Assembly (NCBI GenBank): GCA_032718475.1
Contig: JAUCBJ010001482.1
Location: forward strand, 7,240-71,239
Length of the DNA stretch: 64,000 nucleotides
Direction: 5' to 3'
Source: Nemertoderma westbladi
Lineage: Eukaryota; Animalia; Xenacoelomorpha
Under the pieces are notes generated by a model. That model was not told the origin of the DNA. It made no database searches and saw only the letters and a program-made list of their open reading frames with translations. The number at the start of each line of letters is the position of its first letter. The first letter of the stretch is position 1. A program made the position numbers and the translations under genes. Shown in pieces: positions 1 to 12,794 of the stretch.

Positions 1-2019
1 CCCCCCCCCCCCCCCTAAATAACAGTTTAATAACAGTAAGAATAACAAAATATAACAATAACAATAACACAACAGTGACCTAATTTAACTTGATAAATAA
101 CAGTTCAGTTCACCATTCTTAGCTTACCGTAGTTTAATTATATATGGCATTATTATTTCAAATGGAAGGGGGGGGGGGGTGAGGCGTCAATTAATCAATT
201 ATATAAATTTTATATTGCGGCCAGACAGACTGACCTAGAGCCAAACATAGGTTAAGGTTGAAAGCTGGCTGAATAGAAATCATGGAAATGACATTTAATA
301 ACTAACCCGCAATCTTTAATCGCAATCTTTAAAAATAAACAAGAATCTGTAAATTATTTAAAGAACACAAATCATTGTTATATTATATCTACATGCAATT
401 TCGGAACTCAATATCAATACAATTTATGAACCACAAAAGATTAGGACTACTGTAGTGCAATATAATATATATTCTAATGGCTGAATGTTATGAAATGAAT
501 GATTCAGAACAGACTATTCATCAGTTTCAGGCTCCTCTCCTCTTCTATGGTACCTATTGCTCATATCTTGTTGGATTTGGAAGTACAAATCGACTAGTTC
601 TTGTTTTTCCTGGACAATTTAAGGAGTTCTGAGTATTCTACGAAATCAGACTGCCAATTAGACAAAATATCTATCAATTTTTCTTGCAGTTGCTCCGCAG
701 TTAATTTTGCAATTGCTTCTGTTTTTACATATCGTTACATATGGGATAGGCAGGCATATGTAGCATTTCCATCGAACTCGACTTGCTCACAGAGGGATTG
801 CTCGTACACATACATTACCTGATTATATTTTTACTGAATAACTAAAGAAAGTACTATTAACTATTTGTTTAACTATTAAGTCAGTAAGTACCCTACTGCC
901 CTACTATCAACTACCAACTACCCGAATTTGCCTTGACATCTGTCTTTTAATTATGCCTATAGCAGTAGGCCTATAGATATAATTTAAACAACGAAATGGC
1001 AATTTTGACATTAGTGACAAATTTGACATGCCACATGTCAAATTTGACATAATGTCAAATTAAGCCGGCAGGCCGGGAACCAGACTGTATAAAGGCCGGA
1101 GGCACGGGGTAAGCTACTGCTACACCTTATTGCTGTATTCTGTTATTGGCATGTTGAAGCTTGGAGCTCTGAAGGTAAGGTAGGCATGTACTGATGTAGG
1201 CTACGCACGCCAGACAGCTAGGCAGGCTAGGTACCCGCTAGAGAAGATCCATACCAAACTAGACAGGGCATTCCCGCTTTCAGGAACCATCATTCAATTA
1301 ACCTTATCGTGACTTGATCGCAAACAGAGCACCAGTCAGCCAGTGAAAGACCAAACTGCCAAAAGACCTTTTACTGTTTTAGTAGGCCTATCAACAGATC
1401 AAGTTCAGAAGTTGTTTTTATATAGGAATATAATTGCTAGAATTGCTGAATTGTGGATCAGTCATACTGTTAGAATATAGGAATATGGAATGGACGTACA
1501 GACGTGGAGTAGCCTACCTAACGCAGTACGGTAGGCAGTCAGGCAGTACGGTACCGGTACCCGCAAGCAGACCCGTACGACTGTACGATATTTTTTATTT
1601 AAGCTTACCCTCAGAATCGGCCTCTGTTGGTACCTCAACTGCCTCCACAAAGTCTTCGTGACTGGAATTTTCAGTCATCGCGATCACATCATCGGTCATC
1701 ACTCAGTCACTCCAGCACTCCGTTATACAGTCTGACAGTTATACTACAGTACTACCGGTACCAGACTATTGCTGTACTGTCAGACTGTACTAACTGACCA
1801 ATCCCATAGGGCCTAATTCGCTTTCCACAACTGACAACTCCTGAACTCTAAAACCCCAACAATTAGCAATGAGCCTACCTAAATACACCATTACTGTAAT
1901 ATCAGAATACTGCAGGCAGAACTGGAATATGCAATGCAATTCCTACAGCTGTACAGAGGATTGATGAAAGGCAGGTAGGTGGTATTAAACATAAAATTTG
2001 TGTTTTAAAAGTAATATAC

Positions 2020-3032
2020 GCAGTATTTTATTCCAAAATTGTAACATTACTCAACTCAACGCCGTTAGTATTAACAGTGAGTTGTAATTTAGCACTTTAC
2101 TACTTTAGAGGACATTACAGCATTGTATTGGCCTGTACATTTAGCTGTTTAGTATTGTATTTGGTGTTATTGATTACGTGGTAACCCATGGCAAGTAATG
2201 TCCACTAAGGGGACATTACTTAAAGCCGTCATTGAATACCACGTAAATAATAGGTGGGAATTTGCCTGACAGTCAGATAGGCCTACTGCATTACCTACCG
2301 GTAGACGGGGTATAGCTATTAATAAGCAGCTATGTAGGGCCTAGCTATATTATTATAACATATGGCTCCAAAACGCCACCATAAATATAGGCTAACTTAT
2401 TTATAACATAATTTATGTCATTTTTACATTTATTTATACAGCAACTAATATAATTTGTGCAGTTTCTATCACTTGTAATGTATATGTACAATCATTTCGT
2501 AATGTTACAATTTTAGAATAAAACGACATACATACTTGTTGCAAAGTACTTTACAGTGTTCTGATCCTCGTGGCTTTATTTTCACTCACTCACTAACTTT
2601 CGTTCGTGTAACAAAGCCACTCGGATCATCACTCTGTAAAGTGCTACTTTACACACAAGTATTTAAAAAGTTATTATTCAAAAATTGTAAATTACTCAAT
2701 GTCGTTAATACTAAAAGCTAGTTTTTATTTAGCACTTTACTATACTTTAGAAGACATTACAGCATTGTATTGGCCTGTACATTTAGTATTGTATTGGTGT
2801 ATACTATTTATGTAATATGTACCGACGTCGGCGAGACCGTAAAGTCACGCCGTCATGGCATGGTTACCACTTAAACAATAATTGGAATTTATTATTAATT
2901 GCCTGACTGCATTACCTATCGGTAGTTATTAATAACCAGTAGCTATAAACTATTAACATAGCTCCAAACGCCACCATAAATATAAGCTAACCTTTTTATA
3001 ACATCATTTATGTCATTTTACATTTATTTTAT
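2020..3032. repeat. Diverged direct duplication (~400-bp copies at ~2020-2437 and ~2668-3032)
   Basis: Shared blocks occur twice in the same order, e.g. tttagcactttac...gacattacagcattgtattggcctgtacatttag and gctcca(a)aacgccaccataaatata. Confidence 0.75.
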
Positions 3033-5006
3033 GGAATTATATCTCAAATAGATCCATAAAAATTTTGAAATATTTAGTTTGAATTTATTTGCATTATTTT
3101 CCATTTAAATAGTTAAGTTTTTACGTTATTCAAAGATTATATTACGAAGTCCTTGTTGCATTGGTATAGATATTTGTACAAAATTGTTCAAGTGGTTCAG
3201 TAGCTCATGCTGTCATGAGTAGGAATGCCTAAGGTGCGTGGTAGCGTGCTAAGGTCGGTGGTAGCGTGCTAAGGTCGGTGGTAGCTTGTCTTTAAGGTGC
3301 GTGGTAGGGAGCTGCTAAGGTAAGTGTAAAATCCAGTGAGAATATTGAGTTCTCTGGTAGTAGAGGGAAATTTAAATTCTATAAATTGTACTTTCAGTGA
3401 CGCTGCTTATCTATACGCTATACCTGCCTTAGGCTGTTAGGGGTCTATTATAAGCCTATTATTATAGCAATAGGTAGAGGATGTTTAAAGGCAGAGGCTG
3501 TTTAATATACCTATCGGTACTGTAGGGTTAGGGGTTCAATAGCTTCTCTATTATTCAAAATTCAGCCCAAGGCATCCTATATCATGACATCTGATGTAGG
3601 CTAGGCCCTATTCTTTATTATTACTGTATTACTGTATTATCACTGCATTATTATGCGATTATTATTATACCCGATTATTATTCACGGATTAAAACAGCAA
3701 TATCTCAAAATAGATGTTCTAAATGTTCTAAACAATTGATATGGATATTACACACGCAATTGTATATTGTCGGCATGACAAAGCAATATGGCATGGGCGG
3801 TTGACTTAGAGAGAGAAGTTAGGAATTTTCAACGGGATTTAATTGGCAAAGTTAATACATTTGAAGTAAAATATGGTGGTGGTGAATATTATAGAGCTGA
3901 AATTATAATACATAGTAATAATATGATTGACAATAACTTCTATTACCTTCCTTACTAAATTTCCTTACTAAATTATTATGTCGGGACATGAAAGCTAATG
4001 GTTATTCATTAAAACAACTCCGGAAGGAAATTCAAACTCAGGATATCCGGAGTAATCGACGACATCATTTCAGGAGCTATCAGTTGATTGGTCCACCCTT
4101 GCTGTTATCGTGTGAAGAGAACCATCAACCCAGACGTGGTAAATCAACGTTATCTTTACCTCTGCCATTTCCAGGACCAAATTCCATTGGCCATGCAACT
4201 AATAATACTTGATAGCGACAGCGATGAGTAAGATGGATGGATATATAGTATATACCGTTAAACTTTAACTGGAGTGGAGATTATTTTGTCCTGCTTATTG
4301 TATGAAATAATATCATTAAGATTGTTAATATGTTAAAAAAACTTTAAATGTTAAAAAGGCGGCCCGAGTGGTTGTTCGTTGCTAAGGACGATACCGATCT
4401 CAACCAATGGATGGATGGGTTGGCGGCGCTATGTGGGGGCGCTGGCACCGAGGGATGGGATTCTAAATCACTGACATTCCATTGCTTAATGGTTGAGGCG
4501 ATTATGTCTACGTTTCCATGTTATAAATTTGGCGCTTATTAATGTTGGAGTAAATAAATTATAAAAAATATGGCCTACGTTCTTACAATGTCCATTACGA
4601 GGTATTGTTGTTCTTTTTTATATCTGTGTCTTTATTCTCGTTTCTTAAAAGTTATTATAGCGCAGATTATTTCCCACTCCTGCATTGTTTATAGATTCAT
4701 TATTTTTATCAATGAAATTGAATTTTTAATAAATGTAAAAACTTTATCGGCAATGTTTTCTGTTTACTGGAAATGTTATTTTTATTCTAGAAAAATTACA
4801 TTATGTATAGTAATAGTCTATCGTTGAAGTTATTACATCAAAGTATATATCTTTAACGTTTCTTGTATCTTTTCTTTCTTTGTTTTTTTGTATCTTTATT
4901 CGCCGTAATTTACTCGAACCACCTGTGTTATATTGTCCGACAGTGTTTGCCACTCACTTTCTCTGACATTGTCCGATAATGTCTTTCAATTATGATAATG
5001 AAATAT

Positions 5007-5170
5007 TGACGAATGTATATGTGGGGCTGCGCATTAACGATGGGGTGACATGAGTTCAAGTATAGTGTATGTATATTATCAGAAGAGCAAACCAAGCATT
5101 AGGCCTAGACAGCTAGATGATAGGGTAGTACAGAATACAGAAGGCAGTATGATTACTGGAATACTATGCA
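5007..5170 (-). repeat. 3' LTR of Mag-like element
   Basis: Direct repeat of 9568-9731; preceded on the minus strand by purine-rich GGGAAGTAAGTA (PPT-like). Confidence 0.93.
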
Positions 5171-5332
5171 TACTTACTTCCCGGTTTCCTAGGCTGCCAA
5201 GCAACGAAAAGCGTTGTTAAGCAACGATATAAACAAATGAGTTTGTGGCATGAACTAAATTTCGGTTACATAATTCGTATTATTGGGCCATGTAAAATGG
5301 AGTTGCGTTTGGGTATGAATTGTCTACGTGTA

Positions 5333-7038
5333 TTATTTCGGGAAACCATAGTATTGAGGGGGTCGGACTGTGCGTCCGGAACGAGTGGCTGGTTTCGGCG
5401 GTTGGATCGGGGTCTCGGGGGTTGGTGAAGCGATCTCGGCCCAGGTCGGGGGTACTTCCGGGGGCGGAGTAGCTGGTTCCGGTACATTTAGGGGCGCGAT
5501 GGGCGGACTCGGAGTCGGTGTGGTGGCCCCTCCTTCCGAGGCGGTGCGGGGTCGGAGGAAGACTCGGTTGCGTCGGAGTACGCTACCACTCTCCTGGCGG
5601 ACCATGTAGTCGTGGTTCGGGAGCGCTTCGACGACTACGCCTTGGCCCGTCCAACGCTTGGTGATGGTATTCTGGACGAGGACGGGTGTCCCTATGGATA
5701 TAACACGGAGGGGCCGAGTGCGGAGGTTGTAGGCCGCACGTAGGCTGCGTTTGGATTTTTCGGCGACCTCGTCCAGTTGCTGGAAGCTCCTCCTCCATTT
5801 GGGGTCGAATGAGGAGGAATGTGCCGGCAGGGCTTCCCGTATGTTGCGCCCATACAGTAGTTCTGCAGGCGAGCGCCCGCCGTATCGCGGCGTATTCCGA
5901 AACGCGAGTATACCTTGCGCGATTCCGTCGACATCGTGGTTGGTCCCTCGAACGATTCGTTTCATTGCTTTCACGGCGGCTTCGGCACGGCCGTTGGTGC
6001 GGGGGAGGTATGGGGACGATGGGTCGAAGTGGACCCCCCAGTTTTTGAGGAAGGTCCTCACCGCCTCTGAACCGAACTGGGGCCGCCGTCGGGATGGAAC
6101 TCCTGGGGGGCGGCGGTAGCTAGAAATAGACGTCGGAGGTTCATGATGATGGCAGCCGAAGTTGTATCGGAACCAAGTCGGAACAAAGTGGGCCAACCGG
6201 TGTATTCATCGGTAGCAACCATGTAGTTCGTGCTGTCCGCCACGAATAGGTCAGCGTGGACCCTTTGGAACGGCCGAGTGGCTTCGGGGTGCCGTTGGAG
6301 GGGTTCCGGTGCTTGGGACGGTAGTGACGACTGACAGGATTGGCAGCTATCGATGGCGACCGCAATGTCGTTCGAAATGGTCGGCCACCAGACCGACCGA
6401 CTTGCGCGCTCACGGGTCTTGTTGAGGCCCTGGTGGGCGGCGTGGAGTAGTCGGAGGGTGTTGGAGCGGAGTTCCTTCGGGATGTAGATCCGCGGCCCGT
6501 GGAGGATGACGCCGTCGTGTACCATGAGGTCCGTGCGGTGCTGGAAGTAGGGTCGCAGGTCGTCGTTGGTAATGTTATGACGTGACGTCGGCCAGCCGTC
6601 CCGGATCGTGGCGAGGATAGCCGTGTAGATCGGGTCGACGGCGCCGGCGGCTCGGATTTCGTCGAGTCGGGCGTCGCGGGTGTCGAGTGTCTGCGCTGTC
6701 TCAGCGAGAGCCGCCGAGACGATGAACTCGCGGTCGTTGTTGTTGTCGGCCGCGAGGACGAGGTCGTCCGGAGTGGGTTTATTTCGCGGCGAGCGGGAGA
6801 ATGCGTCGGCGACGAGGTGCCGGGATCCTTTCTGATGGCGGGCAGTGAAGTTAAACCGCGATAGAGCCGTTTTTAATTTTAAGAGACGGTCATTTGAGAC
6901 CTGGTCGAGCCGTCTATCATTCAGGATGGGTATGAGGGGGCTACAGTCTGTGACGAGGTCGAAGTGGTTTAGCCCATCCAGGAAGTAGCGGCACTTGTGT
7001 GCCGCCCAGGCCGCTCCGAGGGCCTCCAGTTCGGCCAT
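5333..7038 (-). pseudogene. RNase H C-terminus and integrase, frameshifted (ORFs 6058-7038 and 5333-6196)
   Basis: ELEAL, VTDCSPL, ADAFSR (RH); LHAAHQG...CQSC (IN zinc finger); VHADLF, HPDGGP then QF, SSPYLPRTNGRAEAAVK (DDE core). Confidence 0.9.
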
Positions 7039-7048
7039 CCCGGACCAG

Positions 7049-8119
7049 TTAGCCTCGTGTTTGGCGAGGGTCCGAGAGCCGCACTGGATGGTCAGCCAGC
7101 GGTTTGGAGTCGGGTCCCATTGGCGTAGGAGGAATCCAAGGCCATTGACTCGAGAGGCGTCTGTCAGCAGTTCGGTTTTCCTGTCGGGGTGGAAGCCGGA
7201 GAGGTAGAGTGGGCTGGATAGCGCTGATCGGGTGGACTCGAAGGCGGTCTAGTGTTGCGGCAGCCAAACCCAGGTGGTGCGGTCCGTATTGAGGCTGCGC
7301 AGTGGCTCGACGAGTAGGGAAATCTCCGGAGTCGAGTTTCCCAACTGTTGTGCGAGGCCGAGGAAGGACCGAAGTTCGCGACGGTTGGTTGGAACCGGAA
7401 AGTTACGGAGGTCGTCAGTGAGGGATGGGTCGATCCGGTAGTTGCCGTGACTGACAAGGTAGCTTCCGAAGCGGACTTCGGGGCGGCAGTATTGGACCTT
7501 GTCCGTGTTTATAGATATGTTGGCGGCGTCGCAGGCGGCTAGAACGCGAGCGACTGCTTCCGGGTGTTGTTCGGCTGTCTCCGTGTGGATGATGACATCC
7601 TCCACGATCCGTCCGATGTCGGGAATCCCATGGAGTGCTCGGGCCATCCTCGCGTTGAACACATCCGAGCTTCCGTGCCACCCCATGGGCATCCGCCGGT
7701 AGCGGAAACGGCCACGTGGGGTGGTGAAGGTAGTGAGGCGGCGGCTGGCATGGCCAAGACCCACCTGGTGGAAGCCCTAAGTAAAGTAAAGTACCGGGCC
7801 GAGGTTGGGATTTTGGAAACGACGTGGAATGGGGAGTCGGAGAAGTAGCTCGGGTGAACCATAGCTTTATTAAGTTCGCGCAGATCGACCGTTATGCGAA
7901 CTTTGTTGGGGTCGCTCTTTTTGCGTGTAACGACCATTGGGCTGAGCCACTCGCCCGGGTTATTCTCGTCTCCGGCGGGTTCCAGTATACCCATAGCGAT
8001 CTGGGTGTCGAGTTCCTGGTTGAATGCCGCCTCCATGTTGACGGGGATGGTTCGATTAGTGTAGCATTGGTTAGGTCGGGCGCCAGGGATGAGTTTGATT
8101 GTTATTTCCCCGCCGGTCA
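7049..8119 (-). pseudogene. Reverse transcriptase / RNase H N-terminus, fragmented
   Basis: WLSPMVV, VRITVDLRELN, TTFTTPRGRFRYRRMPMG, IVEDVII, LRSFLGL split over several frames. The DAxxG motif is lost at a frameshift near 7775-7790; in-frame stop at 7249. Confidence 0.88.
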
Positions 8120-9499
8120 TTATGCGACACTGCCCTGAGAGTGGGCGGGGGAGGAGAGAGAGAGGAGAGGCTGTTGGAGTCCATCGAGAACCCACAGGTC
8201 TGTAGTGCAGACAGTTCCGAGGGTGGCGCATCGAAGTGTGGCGTTAAATATGCCTTTAAGCGACCACCCATCGTGGCTCCCATTGGCAAGGCGGGGGGTA
8301 TCGGAGTCTCGGTGGTTCATCATTGGTTCGCCGTCGGGGTGGCGGAGGTTCTCGAGGCGACCACCGAACGCCCTGAAGGTTCGCCATGGGATAGTAGACA
8401 CATTAGCTCCAGAATCAGGCAGGAATTGGAGTTCGGGGATTCCGTGTGAGGGGTTCTTGGTGACCTGGAATCCGATGGTCACTGTCTCTAGGGATTCGAG
8501 TCTCTCGGTCGCGGAGACGGCTGGGATGGCTCCAAAGTCGAGTCCCTCCAGGATTCTCGACCATATTTGGGCGTGACTGGCGGACTCTGGGGCATTCCGG
8601 GCATTGTCTGGTACCCAATCGGTTGAGTTTGTCTTTGGGTTGTGAGTGGGGCGGTTGCGGCACATGCGGTCGTAGTGGCCGACCAGGTTGCAGTGCCGGC
8701 AGTGCGCCGCAGCACCCGGGCAACGTTTGCCTGCCAGGTGAGGGGGATATCCACATTGCGGGCACTTCGAGTTCGACCGTTCCTTGGGCGGTGGCTGCGT
8801 GCGTCGCGGTGTCGCTCCGATGCGACTGGCGACTGCAGAAGGAATGGGCGAGGGGTGGGCAAGGGATGCCGCATCTTTGCGGGTTGCCCAGACGGCTTGT
8901 GCTAGTCGGAGTGCGTCGCCAAGGGTGGAATCGTTAGGAAGCCGAAGAAGTTGCTCGGTAACCTCCTTATCGACGAATCCGGACGTGAATTGGTCCAGGA
9001 GGCGGTCCTCCGTGTGGGCTTCCTTGGTTGCGAGGGGGGCGAAGTCGCACTTGGTAGCTATATCGCGTAGAGCAACGAGGAACGATTCCGGACTCTCTTC
9101 CGGAAGACAGTGGCGTCGGGCCAGCTGTTGACGGTAAACGCGTTTGTTGGTTCCGCCGTCCATGTGCTGACCCAACCGGTTAATCACGGTCTCCGAGTTC
9201 GCGTTTTCCGCTGCGGTAAGGGCGAGCCCCTTGACGACGGCGTTAGTCGCGCGAGAGAACGCTGTTGTGAGGGCAGCGCGGCATAGACGTAGAGTGGATT
9301 GGTTGAGGTCTTCGGTTACAACGGCGACTGGAGGTGTAGCCGGGTCAGACACGTACAGGTTGAGAAGACCCGAGGTGGCGAGGAAGGCGTCCCATTCATC
9401 TTTCCATAGTTCCCAAGTTGTCCTTTCGGATTTGATGTCGAATGCGGGTGGGGAGCTGCGCAGGACGAAGATGTGGGGGTTGCGTGGGTCCGTTGCCAT
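8120..9499 (-). CDS. Gag plus aspartic protease of Mag-like element
   Basis: 459-aa ORF with Gag motifs (LRDIATKCDF, DRLLDQF), tandem knuckles CPQCGYPPH..C / CRHCNLVGHYDRMC, and protease FLPDSGANVS. Confidence 0.9.
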   Translation of the reverse strand: MATDPRNPHIFVLRSSPPAFDIKSERTTWELWKDEWDAFLATSGLLNLYVSDPATPPVAVVTEDLNQSTLRLCRAALTTAFSRATNAVVKGLALTAAENANSETVINRLGQHMDGGTNKRVYRQQLARRHCLPEESPESFLVALRDIATKCDFAPLATKEAHTEDRLLDQFTSGFVDKEVTEQLLRLPNDSTLGDALRLAQAVWATRKDAASLAHPSPIPSAVASRIGATPRRTQPPPKERSNSKCPQCGYPPHLAGKRCPGAAAHCRHCNLVGHYDRMCRNRPTHNPKTNSTDWVPDNARNAPESASHAQIWSRILEGLDFGAIPAVSATERLESLETVTIGFQVTKNPSHGIPELQFLPDSGANVSTIPWRTFRAFGGRLENLRHPDGEPMMNHRDSDTPRLANGSHDGWSLKGIFNATLRCATLGTVCTTDLWVLDGLQQPLLSLSSPAHSQGSVA

Positions 9500-9557
9500 G
9501 TCGGGTGCGGTAGTTAAATGGGCGTCGGTGGGTCCGGATTATCCGCGTGTTCAGAAA

Positions 9558-9567
9558 CGCTGCGCCA
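9558..9567 (-). promoter_or_regulatory. Primer-binding site TGGCGCAGCG (fits tRNA-Ser(UGA)-type 3' end)
   Basis: Directly follows the 5' LTR on the minus strand; complementary to ...CGCUGCGCCA. The tRNA identity is from recall of metazoan tRNA-Ser ends. Confidence 0.75.
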
Positions 9568-9731
9568 TGACGAATGTATATGTGGGGCTGCGCATTAACG
9601 ATGGGGTGACATGAGTTCAAGTATAGTGTATGTATATTATCAGAAGAGCAAACCAAGCATTAGGCCTAGACAGCTAGATGATAGGGCAGTACAGAATACA
9701 GAAGGCAGTATGATTACTGGAATACTATGCA
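9568..9731 (-). repeat. 5' LTR of Mag-like element
   Basis: Direct repeat of 5007-5170, adjacent to the PBS. Confidence 0.93.
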
Positions 9732-9859
9732 AATATGATAATTAAATATCACCACGAAATCAAATTGATTTTCACCTTGAGTTTTTCGGGATGCTGATCC
9801 ATGATCACGAATATGACACTAAAAAATATCGTACCTTGTTAATTACGGCATTTTTGGAT

Positions 9860-10437
9860 ATGTGTCAATGTGCAGCACGAAAAATACAAGTAGCACAAAT
9901 TTGATATTCCAAAATCATTACCAAATATTAACCTGATTTTATGACAAGGTGTTTTTTAGGATGCTACTGTAGATCACATATATGCCACTCAATATCATAT
10001 TATCCGACCAAATTCGATTTTTGTCGTTTGAAATTTTATGCTACTTGTATTTTTCGTCCCAGAGCAGACAAGCACCGACGATCATAGTTGCATTCATATT
10101 CCCACGAATGATTTTAACGAGTTGTATCATGATCAGCGACCTTGAAAACCAGTATAGCTTTAGACTTATCAAACCAAAGGCAAAATTTAACAGTTTGAAA
10201 TTTTTGCTACTTTGTACTTTTCATTCTGGAGCACCAGATGGCACTAAAAATGATGGTTGCATTGCCAGAATATTTTTTTAACAAGTTTTATCGTAAACAG
10301 CGACCTCGAAAACCTTTAAACCATTGAAATTATAATTTTTGAGCCAAGATATAAACAAATGTCTAAAATGACCCCCCTCTGCCGATCCCCCCTGGGCCAA
10401 TTGAGTAGAAAAATAGACCGGACCAGATAGGGTTAAT
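9860..10437. mobile_element. Non-autonomous TTAA-type (piggyBac-like) element end
   Basis: Ends ...gatagggTTAA. Shares gaaaaatacaagtagca and a similar terminus with 43713-44522. Left boundary unclear. Confidence 0.45.
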
Positions 10438-10915
10438 TTATTTGGTCATATATGGCCATTGGTTTATTCTACACTGAAGAGAATCGCATGCTAGACACGT
10501 GCGATACGCATGGCTACTTCGCATGATATCCGCATGCGTATCGCTTCTAAAGGTCCCGACACTTTCCCATGCGATTCGCATGCGAATTAGATGCGTGACC
10601 CACATGCGATACGCATGAACATTTTTGACTGGGGTTTCAATGGAAGTAGTTAAAATAATGTCCTATTTAAAAATGAAAACCATACTTTTTTTTATCTACT
10701 TATAAAATAAATCATTTCAGCAATATGTCTAATGTTTTCACATTTTTTTCTTTTTTTCTTTTTTCTTCCCTTTTCCCTCTTTTCCCCTTTCTGTTTTTCC
10801 TTGTTTTCCTGCTGGTTTTCTTATTTCCCCCCCCCCCCCCTCACAGCAGTCTGTTTCACCCCCAAGCCTCTCTTCTCTATTACAACTGCAAGGCCCGACT
10901 CAGCTCCGGGTAAGA

Positions 10916-12176
10916 TTAACCCTTTCCGGTTGGGGGACTAGATCTAGTCCACCTGGTAGTGTCCTAGGGCCTAGATCTAGTCCATTGTATCTTACTGAGT
11001 ATTGCGGCTAACAGATTGCACTAGGACAGTAGTAGGGGCATACTATAGGTTTGCCGCACTGTTCTTGGTCATATCCAATTGCAGCCTACCAAGATTGGCG
11101 GGATTTTCAAACCAGAAACAGTGTTATTGTTTATTTTAATTACTTATTGTACACTACCGGTTGCCGGTCCACCAGTAGTACATAAATTTATTAGGTAGAA
11201 ACTAATAAATGGGGCATTTTTATGGGGGAATGGCATCGAAATACCCCCAAAGACTACGGACCCAGAGGAGGAGATATGGATATGATCCAGATGATGAATC
11301 CGATTCATATGAGTGCAGTGAAACTTCGACTTTGGATGATGAGGATGACTGGGAAACCGATAATGACTCAGACTCAGAAGACGAAGGATTTGAAGAATTC
11401 ATGTCAGTACTGCAGAATACGTGGGCCTTTGTTGGGGAAGAGAACCACTCGTGGGTTCCAGTTCGCGATTTTAAAACCTCGGATACTGGTTGGAAAGGTA
11501 TATAGATACAACGGAATTTTAGGTAAAGGATTATGTCGATTTTTTTATCACTGATAAACTAATGGATATAATTGTATCCAGTAGAAATGAACGAATAAAC
11601 CTTATATATCTTCATGCAGCGCTGTACGTAAATCCTATTCATGGTTTGTCAAACTACTGTAGGCATTCACTACATACAGCGTCTGGTCCTAATCAGTTTT
11701 ATAAGATATCGTGGTGATAAAAAACCACACGGTGGTAAAGATGGTAAACCAAAACGGATGACGTTTTATGAATATAATCTAAAAGTCGTTGACCACCTTT
11801 CCCAGGTACAGGCGAGCCCACATAAACCAATACGTCAGCCGGTACCTCCCACCCCATCAACGACTCCAATACACAAACTCGTAAAACAAGAACAAATTGG
11901 GAAAACCCAATGGCCACAGAAACGTTGTCGTGTCTGTAGTAGCAAACATATAGTGAAAAAATCTCGTTATATCTGCCCGGTGTGCCCCGACAAACCTGGA
12001 CTTTATCCTACATGTTTTAGTGAATATCCTCCTTATTTGTAAAATGTCGTGATTTTATTTCAGTACTGTATATTTTTATATTTTTCAATCTGTCAATAAT
12101 AATAAAGAAAGGGAGCCGACATTCAGTCAGAGCAACCAAATGGATGGCCAAGGAGACGGACTGTCTGGATTGAGCT
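10916..12176 (+). mobile_element. piggyBac-family transposon relic, internally deleted
   Basis: Left end TTAA|CCCTTT; acidic N-terminal ORF 11209-11505; C-terminal Cys-rich domain in 11641-12042; no DDD catalytic core. Confidence 0.75.
11641..12042 (+). pseudogene. piggyBac transposase C-terminal cysteine-rich domain
   Basis: HKLVK...QKRCRVCSSKHIVKKSRYICPVCPDKPGLYPTCFSEY matches the CxxC...CxxC...PGL(C)...CF..Y(H) tail of PGBD-type transposases. Confidence 0.8.
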
Positions 12177-12713
12177 TGTTAGCTTATTCAATCCCGCCAA
12201 CACCCCATAAAGTTATTAGCCGATAAGCAATATTGGGAGCCACGAGATTGGGTAATTAACCAACTCGCGCCATCCCAATAAGAATGGGAAGGAAGCACAC
12301 AATAGAGGGTCAGGGGCCAAACCCCTAACCCAAGGAGAGCAGGTGGAGTGAACGGGAATACTCCACGGGGCGCCAACAAGGGTATTAACCAATCAGAGGG
12401 GGGAATGGCATCGATTGAGTAGCAGTAAGGCCACCGTGCAATATAACCAATAACCTATTAATCAGTGATTCAGTTATCTCAGTGCAGCAGTGCTAGCGTA
12501 GGGTACAGCCAATTAGTTTAGTTAGGGGATCACGGGACTTTAGTTACCGTATCCCGCCTTGTACACATTCACAATATATCTATATCTTATAACCTCTTAT
12601 TATACACCGAACTTCAGAACTCAGTTATCTTTATTCCACTCTTATACACGGCGGGGACGCGTGGACTAAATACCACACCGGATAAATCGGGATCCCTCCT
12701 GGATCCCGTCACA
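12177..12713 (+). repeat. 5' LTR of BEL/Pao element
   Basis: tgttagc...cgtcaca, repeated at 25754-26290. TATAA at 12442-12446 and Inr-like TCAGT at 12462, 12470 and 12479. Confidence 0.96.
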
Positions 12714-12794
12714 GTAACTAAAACCGAGCTGCCGCCCTAGTTAAACTCAAAGAACTCCACCCTAGCTAGCCGAGCCATCAACCGAGCAGACGAG

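Larger units (their letters stand above)
5007..9731 (-). mobile_element. Ty3/Gypsy LTR retrotransposon, Mag-like, defective
   Basis: 164-bp LTRs (TG...CA) at 5007-5170 and 9568-9731 differ at one base seen. 5-bp TSD AATAT (5002-5006, 9732-9736). Internal order on the minus strand is gag-PR-RT-RH-IN. Confidence 0.95.

Noticed and set aside
10480-10625. Cluster of CGCATG motifs as a regulatory element
   Set aside because: More likely an internal repeat of a small MITE; no boundaries or linked gene could be shown
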